From positions 1 through 64,000 of the IMG/VR virus record IMGVR_UViG_3300031576_000030: a stretch of DNA of 64,000 nucleotides; one strand, given 5' to 3'. The position numbers and the translations under genes were made by a program. Below are positions 1-9,622 of the stretch, in pieces. The stretch comes from a virus. Each line of letters opens with the position of its first letter. Position 1 is the stretch's first letter. The notes below the pieces were generated by a model. It saw nothing but the letters and a program-made list of their open reading frames with translations. It was not told the origin of the DNA and made no database searches.

Positions 1-19
1 GTGGCGACGGTGACGCCCA

Positions 20-319
20 CTAGATACCTAACTTCAAGCGAACCTGGGCGGGGGTGTCGTAGCCAGGGTAGCGGCCCTCGGCCAGGATGAAGATGGCGTG
101 GATTTTCTCGATGAACAATGCTTGTCCCACTTGTGCGCCTGGGGCGAGGGCAGCCAGCAGGTCGTACTCGACGATGTCGGCGGCGGTCATGCTGAACATA
201 TCGATCACCTGCTGGCGGGTGAGTTGCGCCGCGATGCGCTGTGCGTTGGCGGCGAAGAAATCATGCACCGGGATTTTGGGCTCGCCGAGATCGCCCATGA
301 GTCGCTCAACGAGTGGCAT
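20..319 (-). CDS. hypothetical virion-region protein
   Basis: 99 aa ORF co-oriented with the structural operon; GGAG upstream of ATG. Confidence 0.6.
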   Translation of the reverse strand: MPLVERLMGDLGEPKIPVHDFFAANAQRIAAQLTRQQVIDMFSMTAADIVEYDLLAALAPGAQVGQALFIEKIHAIFILAEGRYPGYDTPAQVRLKLGI

Positions 320-384
320 CAGTTGCTCCTAATCCAACCATGTGATATAGTTATCCCATATCCAGCCACATCGGGAGAAATCAC

Positions 385-891
385 ATGGACTACAGAAAAT
401 TCAGCCGAACTAAGAATGTCGGTATGCCCATAGAAGAACGATTTTGGGAAAAGGTTGATAAGCGCGGCCCGGATGAATGTTGGGAATGGCAAGGAGCCAA
501 GAATCGCCCTGGCTATGGTGCAATTAGAAATGGAGACAGAACTATACCCGCCCATCGGATGTCCTATGAGATTCACAATGGCAAGTTTGATCCGATCATG
601 CTGATCTGTCATACCTGCGATAATCCGCCTTGTGTCAACCCCGCTCATTTATTTCTTGGCTCCTATCTGGACAATTACCTAGACGCATCACAAAAGGGAC
701 ATGTCTCTAAACCCCCGCGCAACTTGGGCGAGAAACATGGCATGTCTATACTTACAGTAGAAAAGATACGATCCATTCGACGGTTGCGTTCCGATGGCAT
801 ATCCCAATCAAAAGTAGCCAAGAGATTCAATGTACACAAAAGCACCATCAAGGATATAGACGCTAGACGTACTTGGGCACATCTGCCCTAA
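385..891 (+). CDS. HNH homing endonuclease with C-terminal HTH
   Basis: RFWEKVDK..ECWEW, AHRMSYE, CHTCDNPPCVNPAHL, terminal HTH (SQSKVAKRFNV); lower GC, antisense to the late operon. Confidence 0.9.
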   Translation: MDYRKFSRTKNVGMPIEERFWEKVDKRGPDECWEWQGAKNRPGYGAIRNGDRTIPAHRMSYEIHNGKFDPIMLICHTCDNPPCVNPAHLFLGSYLDNYLDASQKGHVSKPPRNLGEKHGMSILTVEKIRSIRRLRSDGISQSKVAKRFNVHKSTIKDIDARRTWAHLP

Positions 892-2267
892 TTCCCATCA
901 GAAATCCAGCCCGACGGAGACGCGCCGGGGTCGGTCTCGGCGCAGACGACACCACCACAGAAATAGATGTCTCTCTCCGGCGTGTTTGCCGGAGTCGGAT
1001 TGCTTACTTTGGCGGCTGACAACTCCGAACTGTACGTACCCACAAAGGCTTCTATTACTTTGATGGGTTGGCAATCCAGACCAATCGGCGCAGAACAGGC
1101 CGGATTAATTATTCCATAACGGGTCACGAAGCCCGTTGCCGTCACCCGGCCATTCATCTGACCATCCGTGTCCCACCCGGACAGTCCATCCCAGGCAACC
1201 GGAATGGTACCCTTGACCTCATGGATAGTGCCGCTACTATTGTTATAGCGACAGCCCTGCTGGGCATACGTCCCGCCCCCATCCATCGAACACATCCATA
1301 GCCAAGTAAAGGGCCAGGTCAAATCAGCGGTGTCGAAAATCTGATAGTTATCCCGTATGCGAAATAGCAAGTTGAACAAGGTCGATCCGGGCGGTCTCGG
1401 CCCGCTACCAGTAACTTTCGACGTGACGATACTGTTGACATTCTGGTTGATCGCCAGAACCGCCTCGCGGCTCGTTTGACAGTTCGCCACACCCGTGCCT
1501 GCACAGCCCACCGCCCAATACTGTCCGAAGGCACAATCGTAGAGCGGAAGGAAATTATCAGGATAGGGTGCGGTTTCCCCTTGATAGCCAATACATCGTT
1601 CTCCGAACTCTTGAAGTTGTCCCAGGTAGATATAACCCTTGTCAGCAGGGTTATCAGGCTTGCATTGGCGCAGCAGAGCTACGCTGCTGTGATTGCGGGC
1701 CTCCAGTTCCACCGACTGTGGGCCAAAGTCATGGTATTGAATCGCATAGGCGTCTACGGCGATTGTGCCGCTCTCGAATCCAACCTTACAACCCTGAGGG
1801 GCTGCCACACTCACTTGCCACTTGTAACCACCGTGCTTGTGCGTGTTCTCCATCGGGCTGGACGGGTTGGTGTGACCGATACCCACGTTGCCTAGGAGCG
1901 CGTACAAATCGAAGCCTGGAAAGGCATCGACCACAGCCTGGACGAAAGGATTCTCTCCGTGCTCGTGGTCGTAGTGGCAACCTATCGCGCTGTTCCATAG
2001 GGTGTGAAACAGGCTATTGTCATGGGCAACACATAGCGGCGCAGATGGGTAAGGAACGATGGTGCCCGCTGGAGTCTCCGTCAGGGGTGGAATGACGGTG
2101 ACGGTCGACGGCAGCGTCGCAGTTGGGGTATTGCCGACAGGGACGGTAACGGTCGGTGTCGGCGTAATCTTCGCCCCACCTGGTTTTTTTGCCGCTCGCC
2201 AAACGATCACGCCCGTCGCCACGACCGCGAGGGCGACGACGACGATGGCTATTCTATTTTTCTTCAT
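888..2267 (-). CDS. membrane-anchored/secreted Cys- and His-rich protein
   Basis: N-terminal KKNR + hydrophobic helix, PT-rich linker, HYDHEHG and HKHGGYK motifs, many Cys. Confidence 0.7.
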   Translation of the reverse strand: MKKNRIAIVVVALAVVATGVIVWRAAKKPGGAKITPTPTVTVPVGNTPTATLPSTVTVIPPLTETPAGTIVPYPSAPLCVAHDNSLFHTLWNSAIGCHYDHEHGENPFVQAVVDAFPGFDLYALLGNVGIGHTNPSSPMENTHKHGGYKWQVSVAAPQGCKVGFESGTIAVDAYAIQYHDFGPQSVELEARNHSSVALLRQCKPDNPADKGYIYLGQLQEFGERCIGYQGETAPYPDNFLPLYDCAFGQYWAVGCAGTGVANCQTSREAVLAINQNVNSIVTSKVTGSGPRPPGSTLFNLLFRIRDNYQIFDTADLTWPFTWLWMCSMDGGGTYAQQGCRYNNSSGTIHEVKGTIPVAWDGLSGWDTDGQMNGRVTATGFVTRYGIINPACSAPIGLDCQPIKVIEAFVGTYSSELSAAKVSNPTPANTPERDIYFCGGVVCAETDPGASPSGWISDGN

Positions 2268-2278
2268 GGGTCTGCCTC

Positions 2279-2563
2279 TCAGGAAACTTCCGCGAAACAG
2301 TCCGCGTGGGCATTGAGCAGGTCAACGGCCTCGGTCAAGCGCACCTGAACCACGTCGCCTAACACGTATACCCCGCCCCCCGGCAGGCGCAGGCCCTTCA
2401 CCACCTTCAGTTTGCGGGTGAGCGGCAGACCCTGGTTGGCCTGGGCGAAGAAAAACTCAGGAGGCAGACTTTCGCCCGCCTCCAGGATCGCCAGCACTTT
2501 TCGCTTCGCCACCTCCCCGATGTCCGAGCCGGAGACGGCGGCGATGAGTTCATCGCGGGTCAT
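2279..2563 (-). CDS. hypothetical protein
   Basis: ATG 2563 preceded by AAGGA; in late operon orientation. Confidence 0.55.
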   Translation of the reverse strand: MTRDELIAAVSGSDIGEVAKRKVLAILEAGESLPPEFFFAQANQGLPLTRKLKVVKGLRLPGGGVYVLGDVVQVRLTEAVDLLNAHADCFAEVS

Positions 2564-2592
2564 GGTAGGATTCCTTGTATGTTCAAGTATAG

Positions 2593-2636
2593 GTACACCA
2601 ATGTTAGTTGACACATTCTAACAGTTGGTGTACTAT
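2593..2636 (+). promoter_or_regulatory. sigma70-type promoter within an imperfect inverted repeat, driving the LAGLIDADG gene
   Basis: TTGACA 2608-2613, 17 nt, TACTAT 2631-2636, ATG at 2643; arms GTACACCAATGTTAG / CTAACAGTTGGTGTAC. Confidence 0.7.
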
Positions 2637-2642
2637 CTTCTT

Positions 2643-3221
2643 ATGGCGCAAGCACGTACCCAACCGGTAAAAAAGTTTTGCGTATCCTGCGGCGATCCAT
2701 TCCAGGTTTGCCCTCCTGGACGGGCGAGTCGTTACTATCCTGACTACACCAGTCAATATTGCTCAAGGAGGTGTAGAGATTTATCACGTTTCCGCCACGG
2801 CAATATCTGTGCGAAACTCTCACCCACTCAATCCGCCTACATCGCTGGATTCCTAGACGGGGAAGGTTCGATTATGCTATACCGCCGCCGCGATGCAGTC
2901 GCTCTCCGCGTAACTTTTTCCAACACAAAACTCGTTTGCCTAGAGTGGATTCGAGATACGGTTGGCATGGGATCAATTGTCACAACGCAACTAGCAAATA
3001 AAAATCACCACGCCTCGTCTTTTCTCCAACTCAATTCCGATTCGGCAGCATCACTCCTCAAACAAGTTTCTCCATACCTTATCCTCAAGCGCAAGCAGGC
3101 TGACATTGCCATTGATTTTCAGGACAAACTCCATATCCCCAAATGGAAAACCAAACGCCAATGGCAATATCGATCCCAATCACGCATGAAGAAATTAAAC
3201 GCGCGCGGCAAAGAAGTTTGA
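2643..3221 (+). CDS. single-motif LAGLIDADG homing endonuclease with N-terminal Zn finger
   Basis: AYIAGFLDGEGSI motif, PYLILKRKQA; CVSC..YCSRRC. Confidence 0.9.
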   Translation: MAQARTQPVKKFCVSCGDPFQVCPPGRASRYYPDYTSQYCSRRCRDLSRFRHGNICAKLSPTQSAYIAGFLDGEGSIMLYRRRDAVALRVTFSNTKLVCLEWIRDTVGMGSIVTTQLANKNHHASSFLQLNSDSAASLLKQVSPYLILKRKQADIAIDFQDKLHIPKWKTKRQWQYRSQSRMKKLNARGKEV

Positions 3222-3228
3222 TCTACCT

Positions 3229-3948
3229 CTATCCGCCCGAGGTCAGAGAAGCCGTATAGGTGAACTGTATGGAATCACCGCTGACCACGTTTATCGCTGA
3301 GAACACGCTGCGGTCCCACAGCGAACCGCCGCCCGTCGCCGCCTGGTCGAAGATGCCGTGTTCGGTGACAGCAGCCGTGGCGTCGAAGGTCAGCGTGCCC
3401 ACGGTGCGCAGTTGGTTGGCCGCCGGTTGGCTTTCGGTGCCCGTGGCGCGCGTGTTGTCCGGGTTGAGGGCCGTCGTGCTCTCGGTGCCCAGGGCTGTGT
3501 CGGTCGCCGCTTCAGCGGCAACGCCCGTGCCGCAACCGTGGAAGTGCAGGTTGGTGATGTCCTTGGCGTCGTTGTCCCAGTCGTCGACCACGAAGGCCAC
3601 GCCCGCCTCGGTGATGACTCGGTAGGCCACCGTGCCGTAATCCTGCCACACGCCCACACTGCGCGCGTAGGCCAGGGCCGCTTCGCGCTGGCCGCTGTCC
3701 CGCAGCGACTCGTAATAGGCGCGCTGCTCGTCGCTCAACCGCCGCACGCGCACCTCCAACTTCGGGGTGATCGTCAGCACTCCGAAGGCTTTGGAAAACG
3801 CCGGGGCGATGGAGTGGCCGAGCCAGCCACGCCAATAGACCGGACGAATTGCATTGCGCACGCGCCAACGCCAATCCGCTCGACGGTAGGCATGAAATAC
3901 TTGGGCCTCCAACTGGCCGCGCGCGGTCATGACTCCTTGGGTCTGCAT
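3229..3948 (-). CDS. tail/structural protein
   Basis: GTG..AATDTALGTE and VTEHGIF..LWDRSVFSAINVVSGDSIQFTYT signature typical of phage tail-associated beta-sandwich proteins; downstream of tail tube. Confidence 0.6.
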   Translation of the reverse strand: MQTQGVMTARGQLEAQVFHAYRRADWRWRVRNAIRPVYWRGWLGHSIAPAFSKAFGVLTITPKLEVRVRRLSDEQRAYYESLRDSGQREAALAYARSVGVWQDYGTVAYRVITEAGVAFVVDDWDNDAKDITNLHFHGCGTGVAAEAATDTALGTESTTALNPDNTRATGTESQPAANQLRTVGTLTFDATAAVTEHGIFDQAATGGGSLWDRSVFSAINVVSGDSIQFTYTASLTSGG

Positions 3949-3957
3949 GGCTGCCTC

Positions 3958-4956
3958 CTACAAATCGTTGCGGTTGGAGACCACCAGGCCGCCCGAATCC
4001 AGCGTGGTCTCTTTGGCGACCGTCAGCCCCCAGCGCATGGTCGCCAGCCCGCGCACCTGGGCGCGCGTCGGCGTGCCGGATTGAACGCGGCAGTTCTCCA
4101 AACGGAACATCTTGAGCGTGTTCAAAGCCTCGGCCTGTTCTGGGTCGAACACCCGGATATAGGCATTGAACAGCGCCGAGGGCAGGCCCAAATCCCAACC
4201 GGAACCCGAGGTCTGGAATAACTTGTCCAGCGGTTGGTCGTCGGTCGTCAACAGATCGAAATCGCAGGTCACGTCTGGGCTGTCGGACAATGTGCCCACC
4301 AGCGCCCGCCGACCGAGTTCGCGTATCGATTCAATTGGGTACACGCCTCGGACGTTGAAGGCTTGCAACCGGAACGCGCGGGTGGAGGCCAGAGAACCGG
4401 AGGTGAACCAGATGCGGGCTTCCTTGCCGTGGATGCCTCCCGGCGACACATCGTCCAGCGTGCCCCAGACGCTGTGCGGGAAGCCCGAGGTGTACCAGCG
4501 GCCCGTCGTGCCTTCCAGCGTCCAGGTCGCCATGATCGCGTCGCGTACGGTGAAGCGGAACTGCACCTCGGCGATGCGGCAGCCGGTGACTTCCAACTCT
4601 TTGTCGATGGTGCCCGCGTCGTTGCGTCCGATGAGATAGGAGGTGATGCTCTTGCCCAGCAGGTCGCCCAGGTGATAACTCTGCGCGCCAGCCGGGTTGG
4701 GGTTCTTGCCCGCCAGAAGGAAGTCGGCCTCGGTGTTGTGCAGGTTCTCGTCGAACACCACCCGGTACTCCGCCGGGTCCTGGGTGACGCCGATCTTGCC
4801 CACCCGCCCCAACTCGTAGTAGGGGTTGGTGCGGTACTGCACCGTCGGCTCGGCCCGCTGCACGCGGTCGACCCAGATCTCCGAACCGGAGGTGGTGTTG
4901 CGCAGATATAGACCAAAACGGTGGCCGTAGAAGGCTACGGCGGATGGATCGGCCAT
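3958..4956 (-). CDS. putative major tail (tube) protein
   Basis: 332 aa, internal duplication (YELGR / RELGR halves), position after tail-completion genes. Confidence 0.55.
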   Translation of the reverse strand: MADPSAVAFYGHRFGLYLRNTTSGSEIWVDRVQRAEPTVQYRTNPYYELGRVGKIGVTQDPAEYRVVFDENLHNTEADFLLAGKNPNPAGAQSYHLGDLLGKSITSYLIGRNDAGTIDKELEVTGCRIAEVQFRFTVRDAIMATWTLEGTTGRWYTSGFPHSVWGTLDDVSPGGIHGKEARIWFTSGSLASTRAFRLQAFNVRGVYPIESIRELGRRALVGTLSDSPDVTCDFDLLTTDDQPLDKLFQTSGSGWDLGLPSALFNAYIRVFDPEQAEALNTLKMFRLENCRVQSGTPTRAQVRGLATMRWGLTVAKETTLDSGGLVVSNRNDL

Positions 4957-4969
4957 CGGCTAATCTCCT

Positions 4970-5506
4970 TTACACGTCCCGCGTCCAGCCACGGGCACGA
5001 ACGATGAACCAGTTGTCGAACGCGCCTTGCTTCCGCAGGGCGTCGTCGACGATAGGCCCTTGATCGACGTCGACGGCGTCGGCCAACAGCGCGCGTTCTT
5101 TTTCGATGAGGTGATCCGGCGTCGTGAAATCATAGATAATGACAGGTCGCAAATTTTCTTGCAGATAACCGGCCAGGAAAGTCGCCTCGCTCTTTTGCCG
5201 ACCGAAACAGTGCAGTTGGGCCAGGAACATCCGGCCCTTGGTGTTGCCCAACTCGTAGGACTGGGCGCGCACCGTCGTCTCCAAGGCCACCAGCGGCAGG
5301 CTGGTCATCACGGGCCGCACCGGGCGGCTGACCAGGAAGACGCACGGACGCGAGGGCGTGAGCGTTCCCTTCTGCACTCTCAGCAGATCCTCCTCGCCAT
5401 AGACCGTGTAAGGCGACACGCCCGTAGCCGGTTCGGGGTTGGAGAGCAGTAGTTCCACCCGCCGGTGCAGGCTATTGCGGATGTCCCGAATGCGGTCAGT
5501 TGGCAA
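4970..5506 (-). CDS. putative tail terminator/completion protein
   Basis: size and synteny between head-closure genes and tail tube. Confidence 0.45.
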   Translation of the reverse strand: MPTDRIRDIRNSLHRRVELLLSNPEPATGVSPYTVYGEEDLLRVQKGTLTPSRPCVFLVSRPVRPVMTSLPLVALETTVRAQSYELGNTKGRMFLAQLHCFGRQKSEATFLAGYLQENLRPVIIYDFTTPDHLIEKERALLADAVDVDQGPIVDDALRKQGAFDNWFIVRARGWTRDV

Positions 5507-6098
5507 CGAGTGCCTCCCTCACCATCTGCGGCAATCGGTCGCGCCAGGCCGCCAGCGTGCGCGTCGTGAAATGTGGAGAATCGCCTTCCTCCAACCCGGC
5601 GCTGTAGGCCGATTCCTGCCACGCCGGAAAATCCGCCGACTGCACGTAGAAGTAGCGGGCCGCCTCCCCCCGCGCGTAGGCCGGGCCGCCGTACAGACCG
5701 GCGCGCCGCTCCAACTGCAACACGTCCCGCCCTGCCTGGGGCAGGAACCACCAGGCCAGCCGTGCCTCCCAAGCCCGCCCGTGCGCGTCGGTGTGGTTGC
5801 CGATGCTCCGCGTGCGAAACTCAGGGTGATCTTCCAGGAACTCCGCGATCAACCCCTCGGGCGCGTCCACCTCCGGCCTGCCCAACCTCTGCTGATCCCC
5901 CACGCCGATGCTCCAGCCGTACTCCTGGCGGGCCAGGCCTCCCACCTCTCCCACCGCCTCGGCTAACGTCCCCGTGTCGCGTGGAGACGCCGCGCTCAAC
6001 TCGTCGGCGAGCCGGCCCGCGAGGCGCTCGACAGCGGCTGGACTTCGTAGGGATTCGAGCCGTTGTCGGAGGTATTCGCGGGTGGCGTCAAGGGCCAT
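5496..6098 (-). CDS. putative neck/tail completion protein (HK97 gp10-like)
   Basis: SPRDTGTLA motif (PxxTGxL typical of gp10-like proteins); synteny. Confidence 0.5.
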   Translation of the reverse strand: MALDATREYLRQRLESLRSPAAVERLAGRLADELSAASPRDTGTLAEAVGEVGGLARQEYGWSIGVGDQQRLGRPEVDAPEGLIAEFLEDHPEFRTRSIGNHTDAHGRAWEARLAWWFLPQAGRDVLQLERRAGLYGGPAYARGEAARYFYVQSADFPAWQESAYSAGLEEGDSPHFTTRTLAAWRDRLPQMVREALVAN

Positions 6099-6328
6099 AG
6101 GCGTTTCGCCAGATTCACCAGCGTCAGCATTTCCTCGGCCACGGTCACGCGCAAGATGGCGTTGGCGTGGGAGGCGCGCATGGCGCGTATCGCGCCGTTG
6201 AACACGTCCATGATCGCCGCCCGGCTGACTGCATCGCCGTAGATGTCGTTCACGTCCAGCGCCCGCCGCATGGCGGCGTTGGATTCGACTTCAAATTTCG
6301 CCATCTGCACCGCCAGGTAGGTGTCCAT
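5996..6328 (-). CDS. hypothetical protein
   Basis: ATG immediately after the upstream stop; 3' end overlaps next gene by ~100 nt. Confidence 0.45.
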   Translation of the reverse strand: MDTYLAVQMAKFEVESNAAMRRALDVNDIYGDAVSRAAIMDVFNGAIRAMRASHANAILRVTVAEEMLTLVNLAKRLWPLTPPANTSDNGSNPYEVQPLSSASRAGSPTS

Positions 6329-6329
6329 G

Positions 6330-6818
6330 TCAGTATCCCGCCGCCCGCCACAGGGGTTGGTAACTCTGCACGACGACCACGTATTCCTCGATCTGCCCCA
6401 ACCCGGCTACCTGGATGGCGGTCGGGCGGAAGGCATGGCCGTCGATGAAGAAATAAGCGTCCTGATTGTTCAGGCAGGCTTGCATCGTCAGCAGGTCGCG
6501 CGGATTGACGGTCAGGAAGGTATCGCCCACCTGCGCACCGGGCGGCACCTGGCCGAAGGTCAACAGCGCCTGGTCGACGTGGCGCACGTTGGCGTATAGG
6601 CGGCTGATGGCAAACGTCGCCGTGCGGCCCAAGCCGTCGCAGAACTCGCAGGCGGGATCGATGCCGCTGTTGTTCAACTCGTCGAAACCGCAACCGGGCG
6701 AGGTACATTCGACCAGCATCGGCACGACCGCCGCGATGTGCCGACTCGACAGGCGCGTGCTGGCGAGGTCGCCGATCATATCCACCCGGTCGCGTGAAGT
6801 CACCGCCATGGGTCTCAT
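6330..6818 (-). CDS. putative head closure protein
   Basis: CxxxxC..CEFCDGLG motif and position after connector. Confidence 0.5.
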   Translation of the reverse strand: MRPMAVTSRDRVDMIGDLASTRLSSRHIAAVVPMLVECTSPGCGFDELNNSGIDPACEFCDGLGRTATFAISRLYANVRHVDQALLTFGQVPPGAQVGDTFLTVNPRDLLTMQACLNNQDAYFFIDGHAFRPTAIQVAGLGQIEEYVVVVQSYQPLWRAAGY

Positions 6819-6821
6819 CGT

Positions 6822-7619
6822 TTAGCCAAAGGGCAAGAGCGCGTGACTGCTGCGCAGGCCGCGATAGTCGCCCAACTCCGAGGCCGTCTGCCACTCCAAG
6901 GTCTCCACGTATTCCAGAGTCATCGGCTCTCCGATGAACGCCCCCAAATTCTCGCCATCCACGTAGTACACGTCCTGCGCGACTTCCAACGCGGCCAGCA
7001 GGTCGCGCTCGGCGGCCTGCAGCGCTAATTCCAGGTTCTGCGGTCGCCGACTCTTGCTGACCGACATGCCGCGTATCGTCTCGCGCCAATCGAAGTCGGT
7101 GTTGGCGCTGCCGGTCAATAGCATCAGCAGGTAGGCCAAGCGGCAACAGGCCATGTAGAAGGCGATCTGCGTCTCCTTGCCGGAGAGCGGATCGCCTCCG
7201 CCCGCGTCCACCACCAGGATCTGCGCCGACTGCTCGGTGGCCTCTGCCCCTCCCCCGTCCACCAGTTTCCAGCCGCGCGACCAACGACCCTCCATCTCGG
7301 TGAAGCCGCCCATCAGCACGCTCATCTGCTGCCCCAAGGTGTAGGGGGTGAAGGTGTAGGTGGCGATGGGCTGCGTCGTCGGCCCGGAGCCGGTCGTCAC
7401 CTCGCCCGTCTCCGTATCGACCACGCCCGACAGCGGGCTGGCTCCCAGGTAGACAGAAAAAGATCCGCTGGTGAGTATCGGGGCATAGTTGGTGAAGAAC
7501 ACCCGGTTCTGCCCATCGACGACTCCCGACAGCGGATCTCTGGCGATCTTGCGCTGCGCGAATGCCCAATCGAGTCGGGAAAAACGCCTCAGCCCGGTGG
7601 TGACGAGATCGAACGCCAC
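6822..7619 (-). CDS. putative head-tail adaptor
   Basis: 265 aa, DGQNRVF motif, synteny after capsid genes. Confidence 0.45.
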   Translation of the reverse strand: MAFDLVTTGLRRFSRLDWAFAQRKIARDPLSGVVDGQNRVFFTNYAPILTSGSFSVYLGASPLSGVVDTETGEVTTGSGPTTQPIATYTFTPYTLGQQMSVLMGGFTEMEGRWSRGWKLVDGGGAEATEQSAQILVVDAGGGDPLSGKETQIAFYMACCRLAYLLMLLTGSANTDFDWRETIRGMSVSKSRRPQNLELALQAAERDLLAALEVAQDVYYVDGENLGAFIGEPMTLEYVETLEWQTASELGDYRGLRSSHALLPFG

Positions 7620-7620
7620 A

Positions 7621-8142
7621 TTACAACGCCTCGATCTCCCCGATCACCCCACGCAGATATTTCAGCATCTTGGGCCGGTTACGGTAGCGCGTCTCCAGAT
7701 CGATGATGGCCCTCAGGAACGGAACGTGCGTATCTTTGCAGTAGCGCTTGTTGACGCGCACGCCGTTGGGCGTCATGCCGCCGGGTCCCAGGAGTGTATG
7801 CACCTCCAGCGCCTGCTTGACCTGTGCGTCCAATTCGTTCTCGTAGCACACCCGACGAGCGATATGAGCCAGCGTGTCCGACAGGTTATAGACCTCATCC
7901 ACATCCGGGCGCACCGGCAGCGGAATTACCGCGCTGCGGCGGATGGTGAGCACGGCATCCTCGGCCTCGGCATGCTGCATGTCGCGGGCGAAGGTCGGCT
8001 CGTGCAGCCAGCCTTCGTGTACCGCTACCTCGACTCCAGGGGGGATAACGACTTCCTGCCGGACGCCGTCGATCACCCCCTGGTAAGCGCGGTAGCCATC
8101 CTCGGCGTGCGAGGCCAAGAGGAAGATGATTTCTTCATCCAT
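7621..8142 (-). CDS. hypothetical protein
   Basis: AGGAG/AAGGA RBS; follows major capsid gene. Confidence 0.6.
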   Translation of the reverse strand: MDEEIIFLLASHAEDGYRAYQGVIDGVRQEVVIPPGVEVAVHEGWLHEPTFARDMQHAEAEDAVLTIRRSAVIPLPVRPDVDEVYNLSDTLAHIARRVCYENELDAQVKQALEVHTLLGPGGMTPNGVRVNKRYCKDTHVPFLRAIIDLETRYRNRPKMLKYLRGVIGEIEAL

Positions 8143-8193
8143 GTCCTTTTCTCCTGCTAGACCGAACCTTAGGAACCTAGCCGTTCCTCCAGC

Positions 8194-9150
8194 CTAGGCC
8201 GTGATGCGGATTTCCCACAACGTCGCGTCGTTGCCCACAAACCAGGCGTGCTCCTGATCCTCGATCAGGTACAGGTCGCGCTTGTTGAGCATGTCCACGT
8301 CGCTGGAGTTTCGTACCCCGCCGCGCGTCTGATGCCAACCCACCTGCGACGGGTCGCCGGAGAACTTCACCCGGTCGGTCGGGGTGAAGGGGTTGGTATA
8401 CCATGCGATTCCGGCGTAGTCCGCGATATACAGCGTGCGCAAGAGTTGCTCCACCCGGCTGTCGGGCAGGTTCACGCCCACCGGCCAGGTGAAGTCGGCG
8501 AAGTCCTTGAGGGTACCGGGATTGACCAGCGCCCGCTGCACCGGGAAGCCGATGTCGGCGGCGTTCTTGACCACGGTGTTCAACCCGGCTTTCGTCAAGA
8601 GTCCGCCGGAGACCGTCACCACGTGCGACGGCAACAGCGCCGCCACGAAGATGTCGCGCGCTTTCTGGTCGCGCTTCTTCGCCAGTTCCTCCGCCGCCCG
8701 CCGCATCTGCCGCTCCAAGAAGTTCCAGCCTGCCTTGCGCGTCATGGCCCACGGCACTTCGATGGCCGTGTCGTAGGTCAGGAAACCGGGCCGGGTGAAC
8801 GAATAGCCCGAGCGCACCGGGCGGGCCGCCCCGTCCTGATGCGTCTCCCAGGCAATCGCCACCGTGTCCTCGACGGCGATGGAGTTATCGTCCAACTCGC
8901 CGTAGGCTTGCGGCATGAAGAAGATCGGGTATTGCTCCACGTAGGGCACGACCTTCTCGATAGGCGGCAGGATGGTCTGGGCCAGGGCGATGTGGTCGTC
9001 GCGGCTCCACTGGTACATTTCGGCCAGCATCGAGTCGACGTCCCGCTGGCCGAAGGTCGATCCCTGGACGGTGTTGCCGTTCAGGTCGTGCGTGCCGATG
9101 ACGAAGCGATCTGTTTTCTTGTCGAAACCGATCAGGTCAGAAAGTTTCAT
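8194..9150 (-). CDS. major capsid protein (HK97 fold)
   Basis: 318 aa after protease and decoration genes; long spine-helix-like segment (FLERQMRRAAEELAKKRDQKARDIF), ALVNP motif. Confidence 0.75.
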   Translation of the reverse strand: MKLSDLIGFDKKTDRFVIGTHDLNGNTVQGSTFGQRDVDSMLAEMYQWSRDDHIALAQTILPPIEKVVPYVEQYPIFFMPQAYGELDDNSIAVEDTVAIAWETHQDGAARPVRSGYSFTRPGFLTYDTAIEVPWAMTRKAGWNFLERQMRRAAEELAKKRDQKARDIFVAALLPSHVVTVSGGLLTKAGLNTVVKNAADIGFPVQRALVNPGTLKDFADFTWPVGVNLPDSRVEQLLRTLYIADYAGIAWYTNPFTPTDRVKFSGDPSQVGWHQTRGGVRNSSDVDMLNKRDLYLIEDQEHAWFVGNDATLWEIRITA

Positions 9151-9162
9151 GGGAGGCCTCCG

Positions 9163-9612
9163 TTACGGCACGATGTGGAACTGTACATGCGCCAGGTTTT
9201 GGTTCGCGCCGGTGCCGCCAGTAAACTCGGTGCGCGTGCGGATGCCGATGCACTTGCCGACCTTGGTGGCACCCTGCATGCCCCACAAGCCGGTGGACTG
9301 GACGAACAGGTTGTCGCCGGTCGCGGGCAGCGATCCGCCGGTGAAGAAGTCCGAGGACAGCAGGAACTCGCCCTCGCCCCAAACCACCGTCAGCGGCTCG
9401 TCGTCGGCGAACACCTTGGTCGTCGGGCGGTAGACGCCGTAGCGGTGGCCGTAGGCGATGCCGAAGACCGTGGTCGAGTTCGCCAGGGATACGGTCGAAC
9501 CCGAGGTGTCCAACTTGATCAGCACCCCCGGTTCGATGGTGGTGCCGTCCGTCTTGAGTTCTTTGCCCAGCCGCTCGCCGCCAGCGATGAGATTCGCAAC
9601 TTTATCAGGCAT
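9163..9612 (-). CDS. capsid decoration/cement protein
   Basis: 149 aa beta-rich (GDNLFV..G..KVGKCIG) between protease and MCP; GGAGG RBS. Confidence 0.6.
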   Translation of the reverse strand: MPDKVANLIAGGERLGKELKTDGTTIEPGVLIKLDTSGSTVSLANSTTVFGIAYGHRYGVYRPTTKVFADDEPLTVVWGEGEFLLSSDFFTGGSLPATGDNLFVQSTGLWGMQGATKVGKCIGIRTRTEFTGGTGANQNLAHVQFHIVP

Positions 9613-9622
9613 GTCGTCCTCC

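Noticed and set aside
2625-3228. Group I intron or intein hosting the LAGLIDADG
   Set aside because: Flanking genes look complete, the ORF is antisense with its own promoter, and no intein termini were seen.
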